A stretch of DNA of 64,000 nt from a virus, in the IMG/VR virus record IMGVR_UViG_3300037467_001931, positions 1-64,000 of that record, one strand, 5' to 3'. Both the position numbers and the translations under genes were made by a program. Shown here one piece after another: positions 1 through 9,167 of the stretch; the stretch's first letter is position 1, and the number at the start of each line of letters is the position of its first letter. The notes beneath the pieces were generated by a model. The model had not been told where the DNA came from, searched no databases, and was given only the letters and a program-made list of their open reading frames with translations.

Positions 1-1
1 T

Positions 2-889
2 GGTGATAGCGGCAAAGATTCTGCAGATAATAGAGCAAAATCATTTGGTAAGGCCAGGAAAAGAATTAGAGGTGTTACCGCTGCAACCAAGCGCCTAACA
101 AAAGAACAAAAAGAACTAATTGGTTCTGTGCTTGAAGAACTCGAACAAGAAGAAAATAAAATCATGGTTGACGTTACAGAAGATGTAAACGCGCTTCTAA
201 ACGGAGAAGATCTTACCGAAGAATTTAAAACAAAGGCAGCAACAATTTTCGAAGCTGCAGTTGTTACACGAGTTAAGGAAGAAGTTTCCAGACTCGAAGA
301 AGATTATGAGACAAGACTAGATGAACAAGTTGAGTCGATTAAAGAGGAGCTTGCTGAAAAAGTTGATGGATATCTCAACTATATTGTTGAGAAGTGGATT
401 GAAGATAATGAAATTGCTCTGACAAATGGTATCAAACTTGAAATGATGGAAAAGTTTGTTTCTGGTATTAAAAATGTATTTGAAGAAAATTACATTGAAG
501 TTCCAGAAGAAAAATTTGATGTTCTTGCTTCAATGGAAGAAAAGCTTCAAGAGTTAGAAACAAAATTAGATGAGTCTCTACAAAAGAATGTTGAACTTCA
601 CACAGAAATTAATAGCTTCAACCGTAAGGAAATTGTTACAGAAGCTTGTGATGGTTTAACAGATACCCAAGTAGAAAAGTTTAAAACTCTTGCAGAAGAA
701 CTCTCCTATGAAGATGAAGAATCATTCAAAGGTAAACTTAAAACCATTAGAGAAAATTATTTCTCAAATAAAAAATCATTAACAGAAACCAAAGGAACTT
801 TCATTACTGACGATCCAATTGTAGAAGAAGTAGAAACTGTTAAACTGGATCCAAAGATGAGTGCATACGTTTCAGCATTAGGTAAATAA
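2..889 (+). CDS. gp22: prohead core scaffold protein (T4 gp22-like); 5' end may lie outside the window
   Basis: Acidic coiled-coil ORF directly upstream of gp23. LLNGEDLTEEFKTKAATIFEAAV aligns with the T4 gp22 N-terminal region. The frame stays open back to position 2; internal candidate starts are GTG 128 and ATG 164. Confidence 0.75.
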   Translation, partial: GDSGKDSADNRAKSFGKARKRIRGVTAATKRLTKEQKELIGSVLEELEQEENKIMVDVTEDVNALLNGEDLTEEFKTKAATIFEAAVVTRVKEEVSRLEEDYETRLDEQVESIKEELAEKVDGYLNYIVEKWIEDNEIALTNGIKLEMMEKFVSGIKNVFEENYIEVPEEKFDVLASMEEKLQELETKLDESLQKNVELHTEINSFNRKEIVTEACDGLTDTQVEKFKTLAEELSYEDEESFKGKLKTIRENYFSNKKSLTETKGTFITDDPIVEEVETVKLDPKMSAYVSALGK

Positions 890-925
890 AACCAAATAAC
901 TCTTTAATTTAAAAGGAAAAAAGAA

Positions 926-2206
926 ATGGCTTACAATAGACAGCAATTACTGGAAAAGTGGGCTCCAGTATTAAATCATGATGGCGCTCCAGAAATCAAA
1001 GATACATACCGTAGAGAAGTTACTGCAATTCTTCTAGAAAACCAAGAACGTGCTCTTCAAGAAGAAAAGCAAGCTCTATTCGAAACAACCCATTCTAACG
1101 CTGCAGGTTCTTTACCTGATACCGGTGGTGTTGCTAAGTACGATCCCGTACTTATCAGTTTAGTAAGACGTGCAATGCCACAACTTATTGCATACGACAT
1201 TTGCGGTGTTCAGCCAATGAATCTCCCAACCGGCTTGATTTTCGCAATGAAATCCAAGTATGCATCACAAGGTGGAACCGAAGCTCTTTATAACGAAGCA
1301 GATACCGATTTCGGTGGAACAGGAACTCATGCTGGATCAAACCCTGTTGATGGTAATGCCTACACCACTGGTACCGGTATGTCAACAGCTACTGCTGAAG
1401 GCTTAGGAAGTGGTTCAACTTTCAACGAAATGGCATTCTCAATCGAGAAAGTATCAGTAGTTGCTAAGAGCCGTGCTCTAAAAGCAGAATACACTCTTGA
1501 ACTTGCTCAAGACTTAAAGGCTGTACATGGTCTAGATGCAGAACAAGAACTAAGCAATATTCTTTCAACCGAAATTCTTGCTGAAATCAACCGTGAAGTT
1601 GTTCGTACAATTTACACTGCAGCAAAGACCGGTGCTCAAGCTGGTGTTGCTACCGCAGGAACTTTCGACTTAGACGTTGATTCAAATGGTCGTTGGTCTG
1701 TTGAAAAATTCAAGGGTCTAATGTTCCAAATCGAACGTGACGCAAACGTCATCGCTCAATTAACCCGTAGAGGCAAGGGTAACTTCATTGTTTGCTCAAG
1801 TGATGTTGCTTCCGCTCTAGCAATGGCTGGTGTTCTTGATTACGCTCCTGCTCTTTCAACAAATCTAAATGTTGACGAAGCAAGCACTACATTCGCCGGT
1901 ATTCTTAATGGTAAATACAAAGTATACGTTGATCCATTTACTGCCAACGGTGGTGTAAATCCACAATTTGCTCTAGTTGGTTACAAGGGAACCAGTGCTT
2001 ATGATGCAGGTCTTTTCTACTGCCCATACGTTCCTCTTCAAATGGTTCGTGCTGTTGATCCTTCAACCTTCCAACCAAAGATCGCCTTCAAGACCCGTTA
2101 TGGTATGGTTGCAAATCCATTTACAACTCTTGATGCTGGCGCCGATGGTCTTGCTGCTGGTAACAACTACTACTACAGAAAATTCAAAGTTCAGAATTTA
2201 ATGTAA
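926..2206 (+). CDS. gp23: major capsid protein (T4 gp23-like)
   Basis: 426-aa ORF after the scaffold gene. The N-terminus QQLLEKWAPVL...ILLENQ and overall pattern are typical of T4-type gp23. RBS AAAGGAAAAAAG; strong terminator downstream. Confidence 0.93.
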   Translation: MAYNRQQLLEKWAPVLNHDGAPEIKDTYRREVTAILLENQERALQEEKQALFETTHSNAAGSLPDTGGVAKYDPVLISLVRRAMPQLIAYDICGVQPMNLPTGLIFAMKSKYASQGGTEALYNEADTDFGGTGTHAGSNPVDGNAYTTGTGMSTATAEGLGSGSTFNEMAFSIEKVSVVAKSRALKAEYTLELAQDLKAVHGLDAEQELSNILSTEILAEINREVVRTIYTAAKTGAQAGVATAGTFDLDVDSNGRWSVEKFKGLMFQIERDANVIAQLTRRGKGNFIVCSSDVASALAMAGVLDYAPALSTNLNVDEASTTFAGILNGKYKVYVDPFTANGGVNPQFALVGYKGTSAYDAGLFYCPYVPLQMVRAVDPSTFQPKIAFKTRYGMVANPFTTLDAGADGLAAGNNYYYRKFKVQNLM

Positions 2207-2240
2207 GAATTACAATTATAACATTTTAAAATAACAAATT

Positions 2241-2268
2241 AGAGGAGTCATTTGACTCCTCTTTTTTA
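2241..2268. terminator. intrinsic terminator hairpin between convergent genes
   Basis: AGAGGAGTC-ATTT-GACTCCTCT followed by TTTTTATA. It sits between the gp23 stop and the stop of the minus-strand ORF at 2273. Confidence 0.8.
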
Positions 2269-2272
2269 TACT

Positions 2273-2608
2273 CTAATTATTAATCTTTCTATAAAACAAT
2301 TCAATCATCTGAACTCGTTCTGGTCGATCACTAATAAACTTCCTTGCATTTTCCTTCTCAACTTCAACTATTACTTTTGATAAATCTTTCCCTTTATATA
2401 AAGGCCAATCCCATAATGGATCTATATATCCATAACCTCCATGAGTTAATTCTGGGCTTATAGAAGCGTTACTAGATTTAGAAGATAATTTTTTCTCACA
2501 CATTTGTAACTTATTTGCTGAACTCCAGTCACTAATTGCGAAACCACCAGTAAAAGAAAGAGCAGCAAATATAGAAATTGCGATTGCAAGAAATACTGGG
2601 TGCATCAT
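2273..2608 (-). CDS. hypothetical membrane/secreted protein
   Basis: 111-aa ORF with hydrophobic N-terminus MMHPVFLAIAISIFAALSF. Last gene of the minus-strand array. Confidence 0.55.
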   Translation of the reverse strand: MMHPVFLAIAISIFAALSFTGGFAISDWSSANKLQMCEKKLSSKSSNASISPELTHGGYGYIDPLWDWPLYKGKDLSKVIVEVEKENARKFISDRPERVQMIELFYRKINN

Positions 2609-2859
2609 AATTCATCATCCTTATGAAGTTGTACTCTAAATACCCAATCATCCTCAGAAAACCTAATTGAAAAGATATTTACAATATCATTATACTTGAG
2701 TTTGAATTCCAGAATATCTTCAAGTGGAGCCGAATCTTGTCCTGTTAAATATAATTCATTTTCATTAGTATTAATATATCTTAACAAATAATCACAAACA
2801 CCCTTGAAGGTAGCAAAAACCTTCACACCACAATCACGATCAATTATTGTATAAACCAT
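2605..2859 (-). CDS. hypothetical protein
   Basis: 84-aa ORF. Its stop overlaps the downstream start by 4 nt. Confidence 0.5.
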   Translation of the reverse strand: MVYTIIDRDCGVKVFATFKGVCDYLLRYINTNENELYLTGQDSAPLEDILEFKLKYNDIVNIFSIRFSEDDWVFRVQLHKDDEL

Positions 2860-2923
2860 TACTCAATTACCTCATTAAATGAACAGAAATAATTATAATA
2901 CAATTTTTATTTAAAGTAAAGGA

Positions 2924-3133
2924 TTATTTATTAAAGTGAACTTCGTAATAGTTATCTTTATCTCTTGGATCATTAATGTACAAATTCTTTGGAATATCAA
3001 AGCACCAATATTCATAACAACGTAATTTTCTACTAATTTCAAATAATAATTTATTCTTCATGAAGAATCCTTCAATTAGTAACACTAATATAGCAATTGG
3101 TAGAAATGAAATCCAAAATAACAAAGCTTTCAT
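2924..3133 (-). CDS. small membrane protein
   Basis: 69-aa ORF with TM segment LLFWISFLPIAILVLLIEGFF. Confidence 0.5.
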   Translation of the reverse strand: MKALLFWISFLPIAILVLLIEGFFMKNKLLFEISRKLRCYEYWCFDIPKNLYINDPRDKDNYYEVHFNK

Positions 3134-3135
3134 AA

Positions 3136-3333
3136 TTACTTTATTACCGTTAGAAATTTTTCAACAATAAATCGACAATAATTAAACTTTGGTTTATGAT
3201 TAGGTCCACCAAACTTAACAATCACATTGTTTTCTAATTTCTCAATTACTGTTCCTAAACCATATAATGGATAATGCGCGTCACTTATTATTGATCCAAT
3301 TCTTAACGAATCAAACTTGGATTCTTCCATCAA
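3136..3333 (-). CDS. hypothetical protein
   Basis: 65-aa ORF, co-directional and tightly packed. Confidence 0.45.
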   Translation of the reverse strand: MMEESKFDSLRIGSIISDAHYPLYGLGTVIEKLENNVIVKFGGPNHKPKFNYCRFIVEKFLTVIK

Positions 3334-3590
3334 TCTTTTATTTCCATTAAAATGAATGCACCATCTTCATAACCATAATAATCCTCGTTTACTTGGTCAC
3401 CTTCATATGGATTAGTCGTTGGGCAAGAATCATCCCAAGAAGCAGATTCATGACACTTTGGACAAAACCAACCATCATTATAGGAATTCATTTGAAGCTT
3501 ATATTCTTCCTCTGATAGACAAACTATTCCCTTACTACAAACAACAGCGTAAGGAGTTGCATATTCTACACCATTAGCATTCTTTACCAC
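3330..3590 (-). CDS. hypothetical Cys-containing protein
   Basis: 86-aa ORF with CPKCH...C cluster. 4-nt overlap with the downstream ORF. Confidence 0.5.
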   Translation of the reverse strand: MVKNANGVEYATPYAVVCSKGIVCLSEEEYKLQMNSYNDGWFCPKCHESASWDDSCPTTNPYEGDQVNEDYYGYEDGAFILMEIKD

Positions 3591-3789
3591 GATTATTTCC
3601 TTTGAGTCTATTTAAAATAATTTTGATGTTTTTATTCCATTTATCAATTTCTTTTTGGTTTATCACACCAACACCTTCTTTAAATAATCTTGGTGGAGGC
3701 ATTGGTATTATTCCTTTTGGAATTCTCTTATTCAAATCCTTGTTCCAAATGGATTCTTGATAATGCTTTTTGAGCATCTCTGAAGGCAT
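3574..3789 (-). CDS. hypothetical protein (start uncertain)
   Basis: 71-aa ORF that overlaps the upstream ORF by 62 nt. An internal ATG at 3702 preceded by AAAGGA is an alternative start. Confidence 0.3.
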   Translation of the reverse strand: MPSEMLKKHYQESIWNKDLNKRIPKGIIPMPPPRLFKEGVGVINQKEIDKWNKNIKIILNRLKGNNRGKEC

Positions 3790-3934
3790 CTTCTAAAAAA
3801 GCATATTTATGAGGTCCTTGTTCCCAAACAGCCCATACACAATCAGGCTGACAGATACACCAATTATACCCACCATATTTTGCTGGTTCTAATACTATTT
3901 CAGCAGGAACTTCCCAGAAGATGTCTTCTTTCAT
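3728..3934 (-). CDS. hypothetical protein
   Basis: 68-aa ORF. Its start overlaps the NAMPT-like stop by 4 nt. Confidence 0.45.
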   Translation of the reverse strand: MKEDIFWEVPAEIVLEPAKYGGYNWCICQPDCVWAVWEQGPHKYAFLEDAFRDAQKALSRIHLEQGFE

Positions 3935-5658
3935 AGAGAGTTAGATAATCTTTCTTTTATACCACTAAAGGATTCATGGAAAATCGCACCCTCATCATAA
4001 ACAACTCTTAATTCACCTTGCTCAGATTGCTCAAGAGTTTGATTATCATAGAGAACAAATTCACCATTTTCATTTTCAACTCGAAGTAATCCTACTGCAG
4101 ATTTCTTTGTTCCCGAATCAGTTTTTGGATTTTTAGAAATATTAACTGGTTTGCCATTTACCAAACCCCATGTGGCCTTCATGGCGAATCCAAATGTATC
4201 CCTGGTATTATAAGTATATGTGTAAGAACCAACACCAAACACGATATTATCTGAAGCGAATCCCTTTTCTTTTAACCTCTTTAGAATTTCATTTGCTCTT
4301 TCTAAAGTAATAGAATCACCATAAATGAGCCCTACTTTTTGATTTAGAGTTTTATATCCTTTTTCATTTACAGTTCCACCAAAAATATTCCATAGACATT
4401 CAACAGCACCAAGATGATGTGGTTCTGGTTCGACTTCTTCGAATGAAACTAAATGTGAACCATCTATGTAATAATATTGTTTATCATATCTATTCCACGA
4501 TATTTCTACATGAGCTTTATAATATTTCCCATGCGATTTAAATATTTCTACAACTTCTTCTGGGCCACATTCACCATGTGGTGTTTCACTTCCAACTGCA
4601 TTAACAATTAACTCTTCTGCATATAATTTTACTTTTTCGATACTTTCAATTGAACCGAAATCGTGAATATTATTTCCACAAATAATATCAACAGGATCAC
4701 CAGAATCAGGGCGAAATACTACTTTAGCCAATCCTTGTGAATCTGGTTGTCTGCTTATAATAACATCCTTTAACTCAGAAGCAATATTTGTGATGACGTT
4801 CCAAAAATCCCAGGAATCAGAAACAATAGAAACAACTCCTGTTGGATAAACATCTTGAATTATTCTTCGAATCGTTTCTTTTTCGTTTGATTCTTCCCCG
4901 ATACACATAACACTATGTTCGGTTGCAGGAACAGAATATCCATGAATTTTGGTTTTATCTTGATAATAATAATTAATGAAATCTACTGCTGGAAGTGTAT
5001 CAGTCCCTAAGAAGGATAATAAATGCCCTGCTCCTGTCTTGCAGGAATCCAACATATTTGTTGAACCACGCATCGAAAAATCATGCGCTTGGAATTGAAC
5101 GAAATCTTTATTACCTCCAGTAACATCTGACCAATAATTTAGTATTTTCTTATACGCGTCAGAAATAGTTGCAGCAGTGCTCATCTTCCAAAGTTCTGCT
5201 GAAAGATATGTTTCCAGGAAATTTGTTATCCAATAAAACCTTGGGTCAGTATTTGCTATAGTTAACACTGGAACTTTTATATTAACTCTTGATCCCTCTG
5301 GAAGAGCTTTTACAACAATAGGTAATGCGCCGTATTCCCACAATTCTTTCAATTTTTCTCTACTGAAAGTGTGGTCTCCGGTGAATGGTTTAATCTTTTC
5401 TAGAAATCTATCAGCAACAACATCGAATTTCTTTAAGAAAAAATTCTCTTGCCAATTTTGATTCATTTCCATCAGAACAGATTGCAAACCAAAAAATATG
5501 ACTTTATCACATTTAATTGGTAAGTTGGCTGGCACTTTAAAATGTGAATTACTTCTTGGGGTAAAGTTTGAATATATAAATTGCGTTCCTTCTGGATACT
5601 GACTTAGATGCCCTAATTTATAAGCGTCTGTTGCTACTAATGGATCAACTTTAAACAT
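3931..5658 (-). CDS. nadV: nicotinamide phosphoribosyltransferase-like protein (Nampt/NadV family; possibly NARP1 Namat)
   Basis: 575 aa. The N-terminus DPLVATDAYKLGHLSQYPEGTQFIYSNFTPRS matches the Nampt signature (human LLATDSYKVTHYKQYP...). Paired with a Prs-like gene. Confidence 0.88.
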   Translation of the reverse strand: MFKVDPLVATDAYKLGHLSQYPEGTQFIYSNFTPRSNSHFKVPANLPIKCDKVIFFGLQSVLMEMNQNWQENFFLKKFDVVADRFLEKIKPFTGDHTFSREKLKELWEYGALPIVVKALPEGSRVNIKVPVLTIANTDPRFYWITNFLETYLSAELWKMSTAATISDAYKKILNYWSDVTGGNKDFVQFQAHDFSMRGSTNMLDSCKTGAGHLLSFLGTDTLPAVDFINYYYQDKTKIHGYSVPATEHSVMCIGEESNEKETIRRIIQDVYPTGVVSIVSDSWDFWNVITNIASELKDVIISRQPDSQGLAKVVFRPDSGDPVDIICGNNIHDFGSIESIEKVKLYAEELIVNAVGSETPHGECGPEEVVEIFKSHGKYYKAHVEISWNRYDKQYYYIDGSHLVSFEEVEPEPHHLGAVECLWNIFGGTVNEKGYKTLNQKVGLIYGDSITLERANEILKRLKEKGFASDNIVFGVGSYTYTYNTRDTFGFAMKATWGLVNGKPVNISKNPKTDSGTKKSAVGLLRVENENGEFVLYDNQTLEQSEQGELRVVYDEGAIFHESFSGIKERLSNSL

Positions 5659-5685
5659 TATTTTCCTTTCACAAATCTCTTCTAA

Positions 5686-6474
5686 TTAAAATAACTCAAA
5701 TCCGTTAATATTCTTTCTTAGGCTTCTTGTTGTATAGAATTCCCTAATTCCACCATCAATAAGATGATCAAATCCCTTAGAAAAAATTCCATGAGTAACA
5801 TAAAGTGATAAATAATCAATCTCATATTGATAAAGTAATCTTGCTGCTCCCAAGAATGTTGCACCACCATCACAAATATCATCGACGATCAATAATCTCT
5901 TTCCATCAATTTCAACATCTTCTGTTTCTTTGGAAAATTTAATTCCAGTAATTGCACCAGTTTCTTGATTTCTTTCTTTATCTAAAATAACATATGGCAT
6001 ACAAGGAACTTCATATCTTGCTGCTGCTCCAGCATCCGGAAAGACAAGTACATTCGATTGTGATTCTTTAATTGCTCTTCTTATATAATTTGTTGCTGGA
6101 TAGCTTAAAATTCCTTTTTGTTCACTATGAATATCTAATGTTGAAATAATCCTACCACATCTGATATAATTTAATAGAGATAAGAACGGTTTCAATGCAA
6201 ATGTATTTTCATTTGATATTTCTTTATCTTGCCTTGCATATGGTAAGAAAGGAATAAAAATTTCAGGATTGACAATGTTATGAGCGTCTAATAATTCCAT
6301 CACTTGGTAGAGATGCATAAGTTCTGCTTCAGATTCAAAATGCCAAATGATTTTACAGGCATCTCGATTAAAGCGTTCTAAGGGTAATTTCCATACCTGA
6401 GAAGTTCCATCTGGAAAAATGGTTGGACTAATTCCCAACATTTCAGATGTATACATGTTTTTAAGAAATATCAT
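5686..6474 (-). CDS. prs: ribose-phosphate pyrophosphokinase-like protein (Prs family; possibly NARP1 Adps)
   Basis: Prs signature FLPYARQDKE and PRPP-binding loop LLIVDDICDGGATF. 262 aa, shorter than cellular Prs. Confidence 0.8.
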   Translation of the reverse strand: MIFLKNMYTSEMLGISPTIFPDGTSQVWKLPLERFNRDACKIIWHFESEAELMHLYQVMELLDAHNIVNPEIFIPFLPYARQDKEISNENTFALKPFLSLLNYIRCGRIISTLDIHSEQKGILSYPATNYIRRAIKESQSNVLVFPDAGAAARYEVPCMPYVILDKERNQETGAITGIKFSKETEDVEIDGKRLLIVDDICDGGATFLGAARLLYQYEIDYLSLYVTHGIFSKGFDHLIDGGIREFYTTRSLRKNINGFELF

Positions 6475-6476
6475 TT

Positions 6477-6701
6477 TTACTCCGATTTATTTACATTCTC
6501 TGCTGGACGATTCACACACATAAAAATTTCATTACGATCCATAATTCCAACTGAACATCCAGCTGCTATAGGATCTATTCCATTTTTAACCATTTCCGAA
6601 ACCGTATTCACTTTATTTACACTAACTGCTGCTACACTCAAAGTGATGGTCGCAATTAATAAAACTATAAGAGCAGTTACCTTTAAAATTATATTATTCA
6701 C
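6477..6701 (-). CDS. small membrane protein
   Basis: 74-aa ORF with TM ILKVTALIVLLIATITLSVAAV. Confidence 0.5.
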   Translation of the reverse strand: MNNIILKVTALIVLLIATITLSVAAVSVNKVNTVSEMVKNGIDPIAAGCSVGIMDRNEIFMCVNRPAENVNKSE

Positions 6702-6709
6702 AATTTAAC

Positions 6710-7066
6710 CTATTTTAGAAATTTAAATAATCCAGATTCATAATTTCCGTAATTTCCCATCCATTTCCATTCTGTATTTACAGCATCAAAGAAATCCTTT
6801 GAAGTTACATTTTCATCAATAATTACCCTTACAGATGGAGAATTTAATCTGCCACGACTCTTATCTCGACCAATCTTTCTTTCGAAATTATCTTTTGTGC
6901 TACAAATTGCAATAGCATATGCTTTAACGAATCCTTCATGTTCTATGTAAGCGATAGTAACTCCACCCATGTTGTGTGGGGTGAAGTCGTGACAATAATT
7001 TCGAAGATGAATATATTTCACAGGATAATCACCGATCATATCCCGCTGTTCTGGTGCTTGTTTCAT
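6710..7066 (-). CDS. hypothetical protein
   Basis: 118-aa ORF with RBS GGAGGATATAAA upstream on the minus strand. Confidence 0.55.
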   Translation of the reverse strand: MKQAPEQRDMIGDYPVKYIHLRNYCHDFTPHNMGGVTIAYIEHEGFVKAYAIAICSTKDNFERKIGRDKSRGRLNSPSVRVIIDENVTSKDFFDAVNTEWKWMGNYGNYESGLFKFLK

Positions 7067-7077
7067 TTTATATCCTC

Positions 7078-8148
7078 CTATTGGTTCTTTAATAAATAAG
7101 AATTAGAAATTGCCTTAAATGTGAAATCAGAATTGTATGACTTAAAAACTAATCCTTCTCTTACAGGATTATTCAAACTCTTTCCATCAGCGAATTTTAA
7201 TAAATCTTCGATACTTGTAATATTTCCATCAACAGAAAGATTGAAGAAATCATGAACTATTGGAACATGTTTGATATTTGCACCATAATCCAATAACTTA
7301 CTAAAAATCATTCGGCGTGTTAGAGGATCGAGATATTCACCTTGATCAATATCAAAGATATCAAAAACATAAAATTCATGCTCTTTAAGATTTTCTCTAT
7401 TGCCTTGAACTCTTGGGCCCATCAGTTCACCTTGAATGGCATAATTTCCTTCGATTTTTTCAATCGCTTTTAGTATTCCGGTCTTCTTTGACAAATCAAC
7501 AAAAGCATTACCTTCTTGTTCAAGTTTCAATTGTTGATTTCGTGAGCAAACCCCAATAGGATCATAGTCAGCTTTATCAAACTTGAAAACTGTCATTGAT
7601 GATCCATCAAGTTTCAATGTAACTTCAAATTCCTCATTGTGGTGATGATTAAAGATTTCATTAACTAAATTTTGACAACGTTCTTGATCAGTTTTTCTGA
7701 TGAAATAAGGAAACCTTCCTTTAATTTCTCCAGCAAGCTGAGCTTCTACAGGAGGTTCCCATTTCTTAATTCCTAATGCTTCTGTTAAATCTTGACCTTC
7801 ATACCAATTTTCATCATAAACCCAACCAATAATTGTTTCTGTAATGGTTGATAATGGAAGAAGTAAGCCTTGACTAAGTTTACCACGAAGTTTAATTGTT
7901 TTTAGACGTTGTCCTTCCACTCCATCATAAACCTTCGTATTATGACCCGGTTTGGTCAAGAATGGTGCCAAAGTATGAGGAACCCAAGAATCAATTTCAA
8001 AATATATGGCAAATTCACCAATTTTGAATTCATCTTTCTTTACTACAACTTGCCAACCACCAATTATAGCAAGTTCTATAGCATCTGCACCAACAATTGG
8101 TTTTATATTATCAATTTTTCTTATTGTTGCTAAAGATCGTTCAGTCAT
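7078..8148 (-). CDS. ATP-dependent RNA ligase (DraRnl/DRB0094-like, Rnl5-type)
   Basis: Adenylyltransferase motif I VTLKLDGSS. The N-terminal segment ATIRKIDNIKPIVGADAIELAIIGGWQVVVKKDEFKIGE is typical of the DRB0094-family N-terminal OB module. Confidence 0.68.
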   Translation of the reverse strand: MTERSLATIRKIDNIKPIVGADAIELAIIGGWQVVVKKDEFKIGEFAIYFEIDSWVPHTLAPFLTKPGHNTKVYDGVEGQRLKTIKLRGKLSQGLLLPLSTITETIIGWVYDENWYEGQDLTEALGIKKWEPPVEAQLAGEIKGRFPYFIRKTDQERCQNLVNEIFNHHHNEEFEVTLKLDGSSMTVFKFDKADYDPIGVCSRNQQLKLEQEGNAFVDLSKKTGILKAIEKIEGNYAIQGELMGPRVQGNRENLKEHEFYVFDIFDIDQGEYLDPLTRRMIFSKLLDYGANIKHVPIVHDFFNLSVDGNITSIEDLLKFADGKSLNNPVREGLVFKSYNSDFTFKAISNSYLLKNQ

Positions 8149-8407
8149 TTTTAAAGTGCTCTACAATGTTTATATTCATATACCCTTCAACTCTATAGAA
8201 GAACTTATCACGCCAGCATTCTTCGAATGCGCATTCTAATATTTTACCAGTTAAATATAAAACAACATTTCCTTTACCGTATTCCCCACACATTGAAATG
8301 ATAAAAGTATCATCAGTGGCATCAACTGGCTTATATATTCCTTCCCCATTTTTAACAAAAACCCAACCAAGTTTTACTTTTTCTGATCGTTGTAAATTGA
8401 TGTTCAT
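8141..8407 (-). CDS. hypothetical protein
   Basis: 88-aa ORF. Its stop overlaps the RNA ligase start by 8 nt. Confidence 0.5.
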   Translation of the reverse strand: MNINLQRSEKVKLGWVFVKNGEGIYKPVDATDDTFIISMCGEYGKGNVVLYLTGKILECAFEECWRDKFFYRVEGYMNINIVEHFKND

Positions 8408-8408
8408 A

Positions 8409-8528
8409 TTAAAATCCTACTATCATTCGATAGATAACTGATAGAACAGCAATTCCTTGTATGATTGGCCAAGCTAAACACATTATTATAATGATTATTA
8501 AAACCAACAACGCGCCTTTCTCAGACAT
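8409..8528 (-). CDS. small hydrophobic protein (39 aa, below ORF-track cutoff)
   Basis: ATG at 8528 preceded by AAGGAGATAATTA. MSEKGALLVLIIIIIMCLAWPIIQGIAVLSVIYRMIVGF; its stop abuts the next start. Confidence 0.45.
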   Translation of the reverse strand: MSEKGALLVLIIIIIMCLAWPIIQGIAVLSVIYRMIVGF

Positions 8529-8557
8529 TAATTATCTCCTTCAAATTTAAGGGTAAG

Positions 8558-8565
8558 TATAAATT
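8558..8565 (+). promoter_or_regulatory. candidate T4-type late promoter TATAAATT
   Basis: 7/8 match to T4 late consensus TATAAATA, 38 nt upstream of the structural-like ORF at 8603. The same octamer lies upstream of ORF 46677. Confidence 0.35.
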
Positions 8566-8602
8566 AATAAATAGATAAAGTAAACTAATATTTTATAAGA
8601 TT

Positions 8603-9133
8603 ATGCCAAATTTAACCTGCCCATACCCATCAAACGTGAATCCTCTATATTCAAATGGATTTATGTTTTCTATACAAAAATTACCAGAGCTAAAGTATTT
8701 TTGCCAAACAGCAAATATACCATCATTGTCTTTAGGAATTTCTACACAATCTAGTCCATTTTCTGATTCTAGAATTCCTGGAGATAAATTAGAATTCGAA
8801 AGTTTAAATATCGAATTCATAGTTGATGAAGGAATGGATAATTATATGGGAATTCATGCATGGATAAAAGGATTAGGATTTCCAAAAAGTTATGATCAGT
8901 ACATCGAACTTTTGTCAACAGTTCAACAACAAAATATCTCTGAATTAGAAAAGAATTATTCAGACGCAACTCTTACTATTTTAAACTCAAATTTCAATCC
9001 TGTAAAGTCACTAAGTTTCATTAATTTGTTTCCTATCTCAATAAACACTATTCCATTCACATCAACAAATACAGATGCTCAACCAATTATAGCTTCGGCA
9101 ACATTCATATACACATATTACGAATTCATTTAA
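8603..9133 (+). CDS. tail tube/baseplate tube family protein (T4 gp19/gp54-like fold family)
   Basis: NGFMFSIQKLPELKYFCQTANIPSLSLG...IPGDKLEFESLNIEFIVDEGMDNYMGIHAWI parallels T4 gp19 NLFQVEI..FTFQCKATALPAG...AGDRTFDDWTVTVMNDE...W. Confidence 0.45.
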   Translation: MPNLTCPYPSNVNPLYSNGFMFSIQKLPELKYFCQTANIPSLSLGISTQSSPFSDSRIPGDKLEFESLNIEFIVDEGMDNYMGIHAWIKGLGFPKSYDQYIELLSTVQQQNISELEKNYSDATLTILNSNFNPVKSLSFINLFPISINTIPFTSTNTDAQPIIASATFIYTYYEFI

Positions 9134-9167
9134 AAAATTATACTTCTTCTAAAAATTAATGTATAAT
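9132..9167 (+). promoter_or_regulatory. class-B promoter: A-tract + ATTATAC-N17-GTATAAT
   Basis: ATTATAC 9137-9143, GTATAAT 9161-9167. Upstream of uvsY. Confidence 0.6.

Noticed and set aside
1-127. Window start as the C-terminus of a separate upstream gene (for example the gp21 prohead protease).
   Set aside because: The bases are in the same frame as the gp22-like ORF with no intervening stop, so they cannot be the end of a distinct gene in that frame. The charged sequence also looks scaffold-like rather than protease-like. The true start remains undetermined.
8593-8820. 75-aa minus-strand ORF overlapping the start of ORF 8603-9133.
   Set aside because: The plus-strand ORF is longer, matches the gp19/gp54 tube-family pattern and is preceded by a late-promoter-like TATAAATT. 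The minus-strand ORF would also read away from the divergent promoter region.
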